DNA of 64,000 nt from Paraphysomonas bandaiensis (GCA_965644295.1 CBFFRP010000096.1:1-64000), one strand, 5' to 3'; counted from the first letter of the stretch, positions 10,763 through 24,299 are shown. Numbers and translations: made by a program. Notes: generated by a model from the sequence alone, not told the origin.

Positions 10763-12082
10763 CTATCTAATATCCGATAGTAATAGTTGGTAGTTGAGAA
10801 AGTATCAATGAAAGGTGAGACATATATGTAGACTGCAATTTAAATAATAATCACTCTTTATCATTTAAACACTCTTTAAATAATATATATATTATTTTGA
10901 AGTGCGTTTAATATTTTGGTATGAGCGGCCCCGTATTCTCTCCCTCTATTGGTGTGTCAAGCATCGATTTTTTACTGGGAGCGGGTTATCAAGACAACAT
11001 CTAGGAAAGAGGTGTGTAAAATAAACGTTACCGTTGATATTTCAGTATATATATGTGAACTGTCTCTTTCGTCAAGAATATAAATAATAAGTCAGATGTG
11101 GCTAGCAAGGAGTTATATGGGAGTTTCCGCTATAGACTCGCTCTGCGAATGAAAAGTTGCAATATATTAAGGACACCCCCCACCATATAATCCTGGTGAA
11201 CATCGGTTTATCCTGACCACTTTTTCAGATCCTCTTTGAACTTGTTTCGAATGGCGATCGGTGCAATGTCGGCGGGTCTCACTGGCCGTTCCTCGAGTTC
11301 TAAATGTTTTTTTCGTTCTTGCGCTTGAACCATGCCTTGAGTTTCTTCGTCCCTAGGTGATCATATTATATCATAAATCGACATGTTTGGATGGTATAGA
11401 CTAAATTTACTAAACGTAATTTACACTCAATGCTTTTCGAACTTTGAAAGTTGCTACCAATCTGAACTACCATCATGCCAACTTCGGACATTTTGGATAT
11501 GGTGAAAGAAATAACTTAAGTTACTGAACTTCAACTCAAGCAATAATCAATTATTATTTAATGCTGTAACACGAAACACGTAACACGTATGTTTCTCAAA
11601 TATAGAACTGTAGAATTCGTTAAATACAATGAGAAACACTGTTATACGTAGTCGAAAATACTATGTAGCTAAACCTGTGATACTGAAGTATATTGACGAT
11701 TCAAGATACGGAAGTTGATCAGAGTTGATATGAGAGAAGTATGAAATTACGTTGTTGATATGTTTTACATGACAACGCATAATTGCCTGTTAGAAATAGA
11801 CATTTTTAGTAATAAGACCTTTTCGTTAACACTTATATGGAATATTATATAATTATGAGAGATACCATACTTCATTCATTGACGTTCACCAACTCTTTCT
11901 ATCTCTACTACACCAACCATTTCTAGTACGATCTTACATCGTCACTATCTTGTACAGTCAGTATATTTCAGTTTTATCACTACAATGGCTATCATATTAT
12001 TGGTTCTCATACTACAGCTAGCTACTACTGTATTCTTTGAGTAACGGATATAATTCTAATATTTTGGAAACTACAGCTTTTA

Positions 12083-12308
12083 ATTGCTCACAAACAGCAA
12101 AACTCAACATTGCCTACGCAATAATAATCATCTATCTTGTCTAACAACATGACTGTTTTTTAACGATCTAAACAAGCAACATGTTCAAAGCCAATGTTTA
12201 AATTGTAATTAACAAGTATTCGCTACAATTATATTCTCTCAACTACCAATCATTATTAGATCTCAGTAGATAGACACGATTATTGCTCACAAACAGCAAA
12301 ACTCAACA
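12083..12308 (+). repeat. 27-bp exact direct repeat ATTGCTCACAAACAGCAAAACTCAACA (12083-12109 and 12282-12308)
   Basis: Both copies read directly from the sequence. Confidence 0.85.
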
Positions 12309-12400
12309 ACCTTAATCCTAATCGAATAGAAAAGTAAAATGAAATGACTGAATTCTTTAGACGTATATATAGTATGCACTCACATGTTTTACAAATATAA

Positions 12401-15400
12401 TTATAATATCCTTGGCAGCAGCTCCAATGGCGACTGGCCATTACGTTCTTTTACTTTATTAGCCTTCAAAGCATGTAGCTCGTTCGGACACACTTCCCAG
12501 CAGAAAGACAGCGCATCACCCTTTGGTTGATCATAAACGGCCAGATAAACAGCAGACGCAAGAGTTTGTCTAGCATATATCAAGAAATAATTATTGATGT
12601 ACGTGTCGCATGTCTTCATTCCATGTTGACTACGAAGTGCTTCACTTAGCTTCAGTGCGTCGTCATCGAATCGTTTGCGATATAATTTCTTGAGTCGGTC
12701 ACTGATGATCTCACTGTTTGTGCTTTCACCACTGTAGTACATCCGCCAGGCTGCATTATAGGCCACCAAGTGTTCACGCCACTCGTCTACTAGCTTATGA
12801 TGTTCGCCAAGAACGTCGTCCAATACTAAATCCTCATCTCTCACATGGATCCTACTCAGACAACATAGTGCATATAAGTTCTGGAGTACACAACACACAC
12901 GATAACTCACGTATTCGACAGCCATATAAACGTTCGACACTGGTTTTCTCTATATGTTTCCATAAGTAATTATCCGAGGAACAGGAAAAAATGATACTTA
13001 CTTTGGCTTCCGGCAGCAGTAAAACTTCCTACCCTGGTTTTCACCAGGCTTATTTTGTGTATGCAGCTGGCACGGCAGATCACACTCGCACCTGGGAATA
13101 ACATATCTTCCGTCAGAGTTGAAAAGAGGATCGGGTGAAATAGACGGTTCCGCTAGAACTAAACCATTAACTCGGTCAAAGAGTCTACCAAGAATAGACT
13201 TGCTTCTGAAATATTTCTTCGTGCAATTGCCGGTACAAGTATAATGGGGCATCATGACATTTAAGAGGTCAGGGTTTTCAGTAATGATCTTTCCTGATTT
13301 GGCACAGTCTAACAAATCCAAAACTAAATTATAGCAGGATCGTGTCACTGCGGGATCTCCCCCTTGGGATTCGTTCTCGACATGCGCGAGCAAGGAATTC
13401 GTGTACCGCCCGAGTAAAGACTTCTGAGCCATTGTCACAAGACCTGCATCGAGTGAGCATCTAAGATATGTATTAACATATAAGGTAAACACTCACTCTC
13501 CAGCCGCTGCCAATGCCACTCAAAACTATTAACTCTTCTGCATTGGACTGGCGTATCACTTATCGATAGAGACGTCATCACGTCAACCAGATAATCTGCT
13601 GTATTATCCTGTTCTTTCACTGTCACGGGAGGTGTATCTCTCAAAGCAGTAACAAATTCATTGTTGCAAAACATGACCATATATAAGTCCCCGTCGAAAT
13701 CTCCACCACCCTACAATCCCAGAATTAAATTCAGCTATCTCATTTGCAATTTACACACTGACCATTTCATCGGCCGCAGACCTATGTCCCTGGGTAGAAA
13801 AAAAAATTACCCCCCCTCCAGTACCGCGCAAAAAGGATGAAATGATAGGACTCTTCACAGCTGTCAGAACTCGTATCTCATCCTCATGTAAAGTGGGGGG
13901 GCGAATAACTACCACCTTACCAGTCACCACGGTCCCTGCCTCAAGATCCACGCTGGCACCACGCTTCAGCGCGACATATACTTCTCCCGTCTTCAGGGTC
14001 CCAGTGGGATCAGGTGCACCCGGTAGATAACAAGACCCGCATACTCTTATATTGAAACGTTTCATGCGGTTAAGTTCCATCGCCTGAATATAACGCAACA
14101 AACGTTGAAGCGACGGTTCACGGATATCATGTCCGGCCTGCAGGAAGGCTAATGCCTTTTCATACACAAATCGATCTCGCATAGAAGCACTGCCTATTCT
14201 TTGCTCAAAACTTCTCCATCCCTCACTCCTTCTTAATTCATTGTCATCGTCATCGTCGTAGTCACTCCTGCCTTGAGTCTCAGATGGACAATGATCACTT
14301 CTTCCCATCCCAGAACTCATGATGCCACGACCGATCACCATAAGGGCTACTTCCCGACTGCTGCAAAGGTAAGTCAATCGACTGAGCTCCTCCTCTTGTA
14401 CAGCTTCAAACATGGCAGCCGGTACACCCCGCCGCTCCAAAAACAGACAAGAGAACTTGTTGAGATTCGCAAAACAATTGTTTCCACCCACCAGTTTCCT
14501 AGTGGTGATATCCGGTAGTTCAAAGGTACAGACAACATCCACAGTGATCGCCGCCGAAGGACGCGGACAAAAGCCAGGACCCTCAGCTTTTTTCATGCTT
14601 TCCCGCATGACAAGGCACCCTTCCGGGCAGATATATGGGTCTCCTGTCACCAGGAGACAGCCTTTGAACAAGCCACGTCCGCAGACTAACCGCACCTGAA
14701 CTATAACCGGCAGGGGGAAAGAAGGCGGACGAGGAACGCCTGGATGCAGAGCCCGTCCATTGCGCACGCAATAGGGGATCTGTCTGGCCAGACTAACCTG
14801 CAGCATGCGTTAGCTACTAAAACACAATAAGTAGATATTACACTGATGAAGCCACATCCGTCCGTCATGATACCGCCCCTGGAAGAAACTAAGTCTGGGA
14901 TAACAGAAACTTGGTTATTTTTAATCATACAGCAGGGTAAAGTCTTTGAAAATCCTAACGCTAATCGCGCCGTAAGTTTTTCCGGAGAGATGTCAATGGG
15001 AAAGCATCCAAGAGTGTCAATAGCATTGTCCACAGTAACTGGATATAGACGGTGAGTTGTGTAGAGAGCTGCCTCATCATTATTATCCACAGCAAAAAAA
15101 TATGCCTTGAGAGATGTATTCGTCTTCGACTTGTGTTCTTTACCATATATAAATTGGAAATTTCTACCCCCGAGATCAATGCCTTTCTCGTATAGTCTAC
15201 GGAGGGCATGGTGTTCATTCCACCGAGGTTCAGACGAGGATGGCAAGTCTTTCAGAGTGACGACCATGAATCGACTGGCCCCAAAAACACGGGCGAAGAA
15301 AAAATTCCCCCTGCTACTTGGACCATGATGAGTCACTTCGTATAAACTACAGTTTGTACCGAATGATACATCACAATGCCACAGCAGATCACTCCCTGCA

Positions 15401-15624
15401 GAGGGGTCCAGATACTCACGTATACCATCCATATCGATATCCCTTTCGCGACTCTTCTCGCTTATAATGCTTATTACTTTGGAGCACATCTCTTTGTGTT
15501 CACAGCTAGCAACGCTGCACACGAGAGGCCCATAATCAACACTCTCGACACCCTTGAGCTGAAGAATAGACAGCAGCCTAAAGAGATTCTCTTCTGAAAT
15601 ATCAGAACGTATGTCATTGCTCAT
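12401..15624 (-). CDS. RDR: Eukaryotic RNA-dependent RNA polymerase (RNAi RDR, gamma-type DFDGD), multi-exon, with a GRF zinc finger near the C-terminus
   Basis: KLTARLALGFS, MTDGCGFIS, QVRL..GLFKGCL, GAPDPTGTLKTGEVYV, VVVIRPPTLH, IFFSTQGHRSAADEM; the 52-bp intron 13711-13762 joins to GGGDFDGDLY; SKSILGRLFD; CECDLPC...PGENQGRKFYCC...QCRTFIW. Confidence 0.95.
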
Positions 15625-16008
15625 GATAGCCGAAATTTACTCGCTGTTACAGTATTAGCATCTACTGTTGGCTAAACATGTAATGGTATTATACGCCCAC
15701 ACGATACAGTCATGCATAGTATAGAGATAGACACACAACGGGAGCTTCGGGACATCACTGTATACTATACTGGTACTCCCACATACCTCACCTGCAAAGG
15801 GATCCTTCGTAGTATCCTAGCTACAGTACCTACCTCTGTACATACATACATAAAATACATACACATATACACATACTTCGTACATACGTGCATACATACT
15901 GCGGTATATACATATACCGGTATATACATGTATGTATTTTGTGGAGATCCATTTCGAATATTTGTAATTGGAATGAATGCAGTGAGGGCATGAATTGTCA
16001 GTGCTGAT

Positions 16009-19000
16009 ATGTCCAGGTCTAGGAGAAGGAAGAAGGAAGACAGCAGTGAGAGTGACCAGTCCTCTGACTCATGCAGTGATGCTAATGCCGGTGAGGGCGA
16101 AAGAGATGAGATTGATTCCGATAATGAGAATGACATGAAGAGAGAACAAGCGGCTCGTTTGGAGCAACTGCGCCGAGAGCAATTTGAGAATGGCGTCTCT
16201 GATAATTCCGAAAGGCGTCTCGAGTATCTGATGGCTCAGTCTGAAATATTTTCTCATTTTCTTCCTGAGGGAGAAGAGAGTGCTCTCAGTAGTAGACGAG
16301 AGGCATCAAGTAAGCGCGGAAGGACCAGAATATCAGAAGAAGACGAGGACAAAAGATTAATGAAAATTGCTCAATCTAAATCACGTGTCACTCGCCTCCT
16401 GACTCAGCCATCATCTGTAGTGGGCGGTACGATGAGACCGTACCAAATTGAAGGTCTTAATTGGCTCATAAAACTTAATGAAAACGGGATAAATGGCATT
16501 CTTGCTGATGAAATGGGTCTCGGCAAAACATTGCAAACGATATCTCTCCTCGCATATCTAAGTGAGGCCAGAGATTTGCCAGGGCCGCACATCGTCATTG
16601 TTCCAAAATCTACTGTCTCCAATTGGCTGAGAGAGTTCTCTCGGTGGTGCCCGTCGCTGCGAACCATACGACTGCTTGGCAACAAGGCAGAGCGCATAGA
16701 TGTGTGCACGAAACAGATGATTCCCGGTCTGTTTGATGTCATGGTAGCTTCGTACGAGTCTTGCCTCAGAGAAAGCAGGTACATTCGAAAGATAAAATGG
16801 GATTACCTTGTAATAGACGAAGCACACCGCATCAAGAACGAGGAGTCTTCTCTTTCAAAGCTCGCCAGAATGTTCCACTGTCAGAGCCGACTTCTCATTA
16901 CTGGCACGCCCCTGCAAAACAACCTCCATGAGTTATGGGCTCTACTTAACTTCTTAATGCCAGATGTATTTTCAAGTGCTCAGACGTTCGACTCGTGGTT
17001 CAATACTGACGATGAAACTGGAAAGGAGAACACCATAAAGAAGCTGCACACTGTACTGCGGCCTTTCATGCTCCGTCGTGTGAAGGCAGATGTGGAGAAA
17101 GATCTACCCCCGAAGAAAGAGACAAAACTTTATATTGGTATGACTGAGATGCAGCGGGAGTTGTATCGGCGCGTGCTCACTAAGGATATTGAGAGTCTAA
17201 ATGCTCTCGGTGGTCCGGACAAAGTGCGACTGCTAAATGTTCTCATGCAGTTGAGAAAGGTGTGTAATCACCCGTACCTCTTCGAGGGGTTAGAAGAAGG
17301 ACCGCCCTATGTAGATGGCCCGCATCTATGGCAGAACTCCGGCAAGTTGACCTTGCTTGATAAACTTCTTCCAAAGCTTCGGTCACAGGGGTCTCGGGTT
17401 CTTATATTCTGTCAAATGACGCGTATGTTAGACATACTTGAAGACTATCTGCTTTTGCGTCGGTATGCTTACTGCCGTATTGATGGGTCTACAGATGGGG
17501 CGTCCAGAGATTCCGCCATGGAGGAGTTTAACACACCTGGATCGGAAAAGTTTTGCTTTCTTCTCTCTACTCGGGCGGGTGGACTGGGTATAAACTTGGC
17601 TACTGCAGATACCGTTATTTTGTACGATAGCGACTGGAACCCTCAGGTGGACCTGCAGGCCATGGACAGGGCGCACCGAATTGGACAAACCAAGCAGGTG
17701 TTACAACTTGTGTAAGGTGTTATTTTTTTGACATTCTTTCTCTGTAAAGGTGCGAGTGTTCAGACTAATTACGGAAGGTACTGTAGAAGAAAAAATTATT
17801 GAGAGGGCCGACAGAAAGCTTTACCTGGATGCGGCAGTCATACAGCAGGGTCGCCTCTTTGACCAACACAAGGGCTCTCTTACCAAGGGGGAGGTCATGG
17901 CTATGGTGTGAATAATATCTTTATGTATCTACTATACTGAATATCTTTTGTGTTTAGGTTAAGTTTGGTGCAGATGAAATATTGAGCTCTAAGACTGGCA
18001 TACTCAGCGACGAAGATATCGACACACTGTTGATGCGCGGGGAAGAAAGGACTGCAGCCATGAATAGCAAGATATCTACTGAGGTGCAACATAGTTTGGC
18101 CAATTTTAGCGTGGTGATGGAGGATGGAGTAGAGTTGAACATGTTCACCTTTGAGGGAGAGAACTTCAACAAGAAGGAAGGTGGACGCAGACGGAATACT
18201 GCTGAAAACTCTTTTCAGATTAGTTTACCTCAACGGGAGCGTAGACGTAACTTCGAGTCAAGCGATTTCGTTGTTAGAGACCCATCGGTACATGGATATC
18301 ACTTTCTCGTCTTAGCATTTACCTGTTTTGGATAGGAAACTCAAAGAGCGGCTCCACGGCGCGCAGCTAGGAAAAGTGCTATGTCGATTCCTGATTACCA
18401 GGTGCTATTCCCTCACTTCTCTTTGATTCATTATAGTAATTGTGCTGTTCAGTTCTTTAACAAAAGCCGTTTGGATGAAATTTATGCCATAGAAGCCGAT
18501 CTTGCTGCAGAAAAGGCATCTCGCGTTGCGACTGTAAACAAGCTACGACACGAGGACGCTAAGGTCTTGGATTCAGGAAGTTCGGATGTTGTAGATGATA
18601 TTTTATGCAGGAAAAGCGGCGTGCGCTGCGCAAATCATTAGGCTGGAAGTTGCCCAAGGGGCAAAAACTCAGTCTTCATACTATAGCATCAGGTTGCGTA
18701 GGTGAGAAAGAGAAGCAAACGACCTCTGCTGGCGGTGTAGACACAGCTGGAGGTGATAGGAGTGACGATGATAGTAGCGATGAGGAATTAGAAGAGGATG
18801 GGGAAATTGAAGCGAATACAAATCAGGCAACTTCGCGAAATTCTTCTGATGCACCCTCTGCATCCAAAAGCGAGATGTGCGTGGCTGCAGATGAGATCGA
18901 GGCGGAGTTACAGAGTGGTAAGTTCGACCTCCCAACCGAACTTGAAAAGGAGAAGTCGGAATTGCTCGAAGAAGGCTTTCCGGACTGGAATAGGGCGGAC

Positions 19001-19750
19001 TTTCGAATTTTCTGCGGGGCACTGGAGAAGTACGGCAGACATAATCCACTTGCTGTTGCTGAGGATGTCGCACTCGAAACTGGAAAGACTAAAGATAACG
19101 TTTTACGGTATTTCAATTCTTTTTGGAAAAGTTATCGCGTGCTGTCTGATTGGCCTCGGATAATGGACAGAGTGGACAGGGGTCAACGACGCATAGACAG
19201 ATTGCAGAATATCCAGAATGCTGTCCATACGAAGATCCGATGCTACCAAGAGTCGTCAGGTGTTTCTACAGAAGATGTTTGCACAAGCCTTTGCGTCGGT
19301 GGGTCGACGGTATCTGCTTTCAGTTACGGCTATGGAGCAAATAGAGCAGGACGCCAGTTCACAGAAGAGAACGACAGGTTTCTTGTTCACATGATGAGCA
19401 GACATGGATATGGAGTGGCTGCTTGGGATAAAATTCGACGGGAGATTCGATCTGCCCCTGCTTTTTCCTTCGATTGGTTTTTACTATCGAGAACGGAGGT
19501 GGATATACAAAAGCGGTGTGACTACCTGTTGAAGCATATAGAGAAAGAGTTGGCCAATGACGCTGCTAGGGCGAAACATTCTTCGAGTAAACAAGAAAAT
19601 ATGTCAAGATCTAAGCGCTCTGCTGATGACATGGATCAGATTAATTCAGGAACAGGTGGGGTGGAGTGCACTGTGTGCAGTGAAAGCTGACTTTGTTTAC
19701 TAGGTAAGAAGCGGAAGAAGTCGCACGTTTCAAGCTCCAGTAATTCTTGA
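16009..19750 (+). CDS. ISWI: ISWI/SNF2H chromatin-remodelling ATPase (SNF2_N, helicase C, HAND-SANT-SLIDE), multi-exon
   Basis: [67 protein letters not shown]; [15 protein letters not shown]; [14 protein letters not shown]...FDWFLLSRT; spliced last exon ends TGA at 19750. Confidence 0.97.
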
Positions 19751-20070
19751 CTGTGGACACGATATGTTGACATCTGTACAAGTGTTCTGCCGTAGTAAAT
19801 GGAATCCACACTATTACTCTATGAGTTCAACAAAGGTTGTACAGAAATGTATAGGTGCGTGATGGCTAATTATTGCGCGATACTCTCCAGTTTTACCTCT
19901 ACATATGCTGTAGTGGCGTCTGATGACTTCGATATATACTAATGATTTAGATGATATGAGCTCTAGACAGTTTAGTTTTGTAATAAAGAAATTCTACTAA
20001 ATATCACAAGATAGAATATGATCTCGGTACTGAAAATTACCTTGTGAGGAATGTGATGAATCTATAAGAA

Positions 20071-21424
20071 GTAGTAATGTCTTATTATTAGCAATATGCG
20101 TTTAAGAGTCAGGACTACTTTAGCATTGCAGTTTAACTAAATCAATAAGAAACTCTCAGCGAAGATTTTATTGTTGAGCTTTAAGTAATTGTAAGAAATT
20201 AAAAACTTTTGAAGAACATAGTAGCTATAACACATAACACAGTATTACATGAATCAATGGTATGATATGAATTATGTTAGTAAAGTAATATATTGACTGT
20301 TTAAGATCAGATAATATTTATTGGTAGTGGTGAGGATATAAAGTAAGTAATGACAAAGAATAAAGAGATGCTGATCGAATATTTCATTAATTAATTCTTG
20401 ATGAAGCATGTTATATCATATATTGTCAGCAGATAATTTTCTGCCCACTCATAGTCTAATGCTTTTGTTGACGTTTTAAGGTCCTAAATGAACAGGTATC
20501 CGGGAATGGGCCCGCCTCAAAGGCATCCGGGGTATTGAGCTTCCTGCTAAAGTCTAGCGTTCGGACTGTTCACCTTAAGCACTCAAAAATTATGAAGTCA
20601 GTAGATGTCATGCATATCAATAATTTGCTTGCTCACTGCGTTTGCTCTTTGAATGATAGAGCTTGCGGTGACGTACAACCAGCGCTCGTAGCGTTATGTA
20701 GTAAGATACCAGTTAGTTAAATTGCAATAAAGTCGAGGTAATACCAAAACGTGTAAAAGCGATTTCACCAGGTTTCATATATAAGTATTGAGTTATATTT
20801 TACTGTAATTTGTATCTGAGAGGTTAAAGATACAGAAAAAGTCGCAAGTATAGTTGTTATTAGCAGTATTTATTGCGTTACAAGTTGGCCCTGCTACTTG
20901 TGTTTTGTAATAATATCATATTCTTATATAGCTACATCTGCCTCTCTTGAGACTGCAAACGCTCCAAAGGAATAGCCTGATTTTGGATACATTGCATATA
21001 CTTAATTAGTTCTGACTATTAAACCCCTATTGCTTATAATACGTCATTCACTACTACTAACTAACTACTACTATCATAATAGAGAAAGTTGTGGTTATTG
21101 AAGCTTGCATGCACCTATTCTCAATGTAAAACTAGTTTCTAAACACAACCGTTCTCATGAAATAATCAGACATTCTTAGACACCTATTCTCATACCATGA
21201 ATCAATGGTTCAGACGTAGCAATTATATTGCAGTTTGTGCTAACTAAATCATCATAGATGTTTAGTATTGATAAGGAGCTAGTTAGTATACTATAAATTT
21301 CTTCCTGAACACTGTGTATCTAAAAGCGTACCCTCAACAAAGTCGGACTCGCACCTTTTCGTGGTGTTCTGGGGGATAAGTACCGGAGATATTTCTCCAG
21401 GAAACTAACGTGAGCCGCAAACTA
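20071..21424. repeat. Three fragments of dispersed repeat family A (20071-20140 +, 20487-20718 -, 21331-21424 -)
   Basis: Matches to 36577-37096 and 44205-45122, e.g. CCTCAACAAAGTCGGA.TCGCACCTTTTCGT.GTGTTCTGGGGGATAAGTACCGGAGA and TGTTCACCTTAAG. Confidence 0.85.
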
Positions 21425-22187
21425 ACGGCAATGACAATGATGTGATTGGACCTGTTATGTCTTCTCACACGTCTACTGCCTAGTCTTGGTTTCTCCTGAC
21501 CCAGGTCATTGAGATTATATCAAGGCTCTGGCACTGTTCTCCAAGCAGTGTCAGGTACATTTGTGGTGCTTTTATGTTATTCTTGCTTAGTAGGTTTTCA
21601 TCCGAGCGGGGAAGGTGCACGGTTTCCTACTAGTGTAAGTCACTCGGGAGAAGAGTGCAAGGTGGATGCATGTGCTGGACGAGTGCACACAATGGAGGGA
21701 AGACATCGGAGTCAGCTTGAATTTGTAACAGATTTAGTAGATGTCTGTTTCATGCGTCAGTGTGCAAAATTGCACCAGTGAGACCGCTTCGTGACCGTGG
21801 GAGGACCCGGCGCTAGAGCTACTTTATTCTCCCTTCCAGACTACCTGCTGCTGTGAACACCACCTTGAAGAGGGCCCTAAAGATCTGCCGCATATACAGG
21901 AGACATATGCCGAAGACACCGACCGCAAGTTGTTTGTGTTAGGACAAGTAGATTGGGCAGGAGCGTATGATCCAGCTTAAACACGCAACTCGTCGTATGC
22001 CCATGTAGCTAACTAAATCGTGTTGTATAGTTGAGCACTTGTCGGTGCATGCAATAGTAACTAGATGAGAGTCATGTTATGCATAGTGTCGCGCGAGTTG
22101 TTAGGTTGGTCGCGGCAACGCACAAGCTTGCGCTTCTTAATAATCAGACATTCAATATCTAAAAGCGTACTGTGTATCTATAAATAC

Positions 22188-22282
22188 CAGGGCTGCGTAG
22201 TAACAATTAATTGAATTGCATGGGATATACGTAATAATTGCAATTATAAGTGTTCGCTGGAAGGTTGGCAATTATTAACTGT
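22188..22282 (+). mobile_element. Truncated hAT-like terminus (same family as 28679)
   Basis: Starts CAGGGCTGCGTA, followed by AATTGCAATTA-type subterminal motifs as at 28679. Confidence 0.55.
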
Positions 22283-22694
22283 ATTGTATAAGCACATAAT
22301 ATTAGAATTAGAAGTTGGAAAACAGATACAGGGGATACAATGCACCGTAGTCGTTAGTGTATTGAATATCATTGTGGTAAACTATATCTTCCGGTAGGGA
22401 TTCTGGATACTACAGCTAAAGTTGTTTATACAATGCCCTATTAACATATACACCTATATTACTTCAAGTGACACATATAGTTTATGAGTAATGGCTTCAT
22501 TACTTCATTACGTTGCATATAATTCTTAGTAGATATCATTAAGGCACTCACACCAGCAACACCAAAACTAAAAGACTGTAATCACACTCATTACAGTTAC
22601 CAATAGTCAATACAGTTATATAAAAAACACTACCACGACAAAATTAAGCAATTATCTAGAATAGGATAAATCACATAATAGGTGCACCAATTGC

Positions 22695-23768
22695 CTAAGA
22701 AATCACCAACGCGTCAGTACGTCCTACGTATACCCGAGCAGCCTCAACGAAATTAGAAACATAGTCTGGTAGATTTTTTTCATATTTATCACAACTAAGG
22801 CGAAATTCCTCTAAAGCAGAAAGAACATCCTCGTCAGCACGACCCGCTGAGAAAGACTCTAGTATAGACAATTCATATTCATTTGAGTGCACCGCTGCGC
22901 ACACATCTGGGTATCTATCTTTTATGTACCCCACCAACAGAGCCAACTCGTTTTGAAGATTATTTCCAGAAGAATTTCTCCAAGTATTCAGAAAAGAGTG
23001 GCATGATTCAGTTGGCGTTGTACACTTCGGTGTGCAGTAGACGGGGAACATGGAAAATCCACGGAAAAACATTGAAATGCAGTACCGCTTCTCACATTTA
23101 CTGGGTAACACTCGATGAGGAACATTGTTTGAACTGAAAAACACAGCACGACCAGCTATTGGATTTATGTCCACTCTACACGGCGTGATACCATCCTGCA
23201 GGGGGTACAAGCGCAACTGGCCACCATGAGTAACTGGGGAATAATCCTCCCTGGGAACTCCCAAGTACAGAGTCATCGTCAGTATTCTCTGACTACAAGG
23301 CAGATTGTCGGTGTGGACCATAAAAGCTCCCCCTTGATGTATAGATGCTATTTTTATTTGCTCCAACATACTGAGCTGAATTCCAGTTTTAGATGATAGG
23401 AGTGTCAAGAAGGAGTTACGTTCGTTCCAAAAGCTGGCAAGAGACGGCACCATTGACATAGTTGCTTCACCCGCAGATAGTTCGCAATTTAACACAAGGC
23501 TTCGCTCGAAAACATTGGGTTTAACTCTCACCACTTGTCCACTGCGCATCTGCAGCTTATTAGATGAAGGTTCTAACCACTCTCCATTTTCTAACAATTC
23601 CACATCATCACGCAGCTTCAGGACAAACTCATGATCGAAAGCATCATCAAGCACTGAATACCCAGCATGGAATAAATCGTTTCCAAGGCTTTTGCATTTA
23701 TCGATTGACTTCTGCAGCTGCTGGAGCATGGGAGGTGCTGGTGCTGGTGCTGTGCTGGGGTCAGACAT
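22695..23768 (-). CDS. 2OG-Fe(II) oxygenase, prolyl-hydroxylase (EGLN-like) family
   Basis: HTDN (HxD), RILTMTLYL, GGQLRLYP, PHRVLP (distal His), RYCISMF (2OG-binding Arg). Confidence 0.88.
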   Translation of the reverse strand: MSDPSTAPAPAPPMLQQLQKSIDKCKSLGNDLFHAGYSVLDDAFDHEFVLKLRDDVELLENGEWLEPSSNKLQMRSGQVVRVKPNVFERSLVLNCELSAGEATMSMVPSLASFWNERNSFLTLLSSKTGIQLSMLEQIKIASIHQGGAFMVHTDNLPCSQRILTMTLYLGVPREDYSPVTHGGQLRLYPLQDGITPCRVDINPIAGRAVFFSSNNVPHRVLPSKCEKRYCISMFFRGFSMFPVYCTPKCTTPTESCHSFLNTWRNSSGNNLQNELALLVGYIKDRYPDVCAAVHSNEYELSILESFSAGRADEDVLSALEEFRLSCDKYEKNLPDYVSNFVEAARVYVGRTDALVIS

Positions 23769-24299
23769 ATGTATATATAAATACAGAGAGGCTCAGAGGA
23801 AAGGGATGTCCTCAAAGAATGTGAGGATGTCAAATGAAATGCCTTCATAATGTCACAGAATAGCAGTGCACAGTAAATGGCAGCATATAGATATCCATAT
23901 GTTACCAGTGTTCCACATGTTGTATCCACATATAGCCACATGGGCACATTGGTACATACAGTATACAGTATACAGAGCGGAATTAATATAGAAATCCTGG
24001 AAATCCTAAACGGTGGGTCATAAAAATACTGATTTTTCACTTTTTGGAGACGAAAAGACACCAGTCTGTGCATGACAAATACTGCCTCCTATTGCTCTGT
24101 ATATACCGCGTATACTGCTGTGTAATACACCAGCCACCACAGCGTTCACTTGTCCATCGGGCTGCAGAGGCATCGCTTGCTTCAATCGGATTGCCATGAT
24201 AGAAATACTGTGTTCTCAATGTTCAGCTGGGATCTGCTGCGCCTTCACTTTCACTGATTCAGAGTTGCGTTGAGTTCTTAAGTGAACTGATCCATAGAA

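Noticed and set aside
9700-11400. GC-richer patches with broken frames (possible pseudogenes)
   Set aside because: No recognisable motif; cannot support a call without a search
12401-15624. RdRP as an endogenous viral gene
   Set aside because: It has spliceosomal introns and the cellular DxDGD double-psi-barrel motif, not a viral GDD palm
16069-19116. Antisense ORFs within ISWI and other long genes
   Set aside because: Shadow ORFs of coding sequence with no independent motifs
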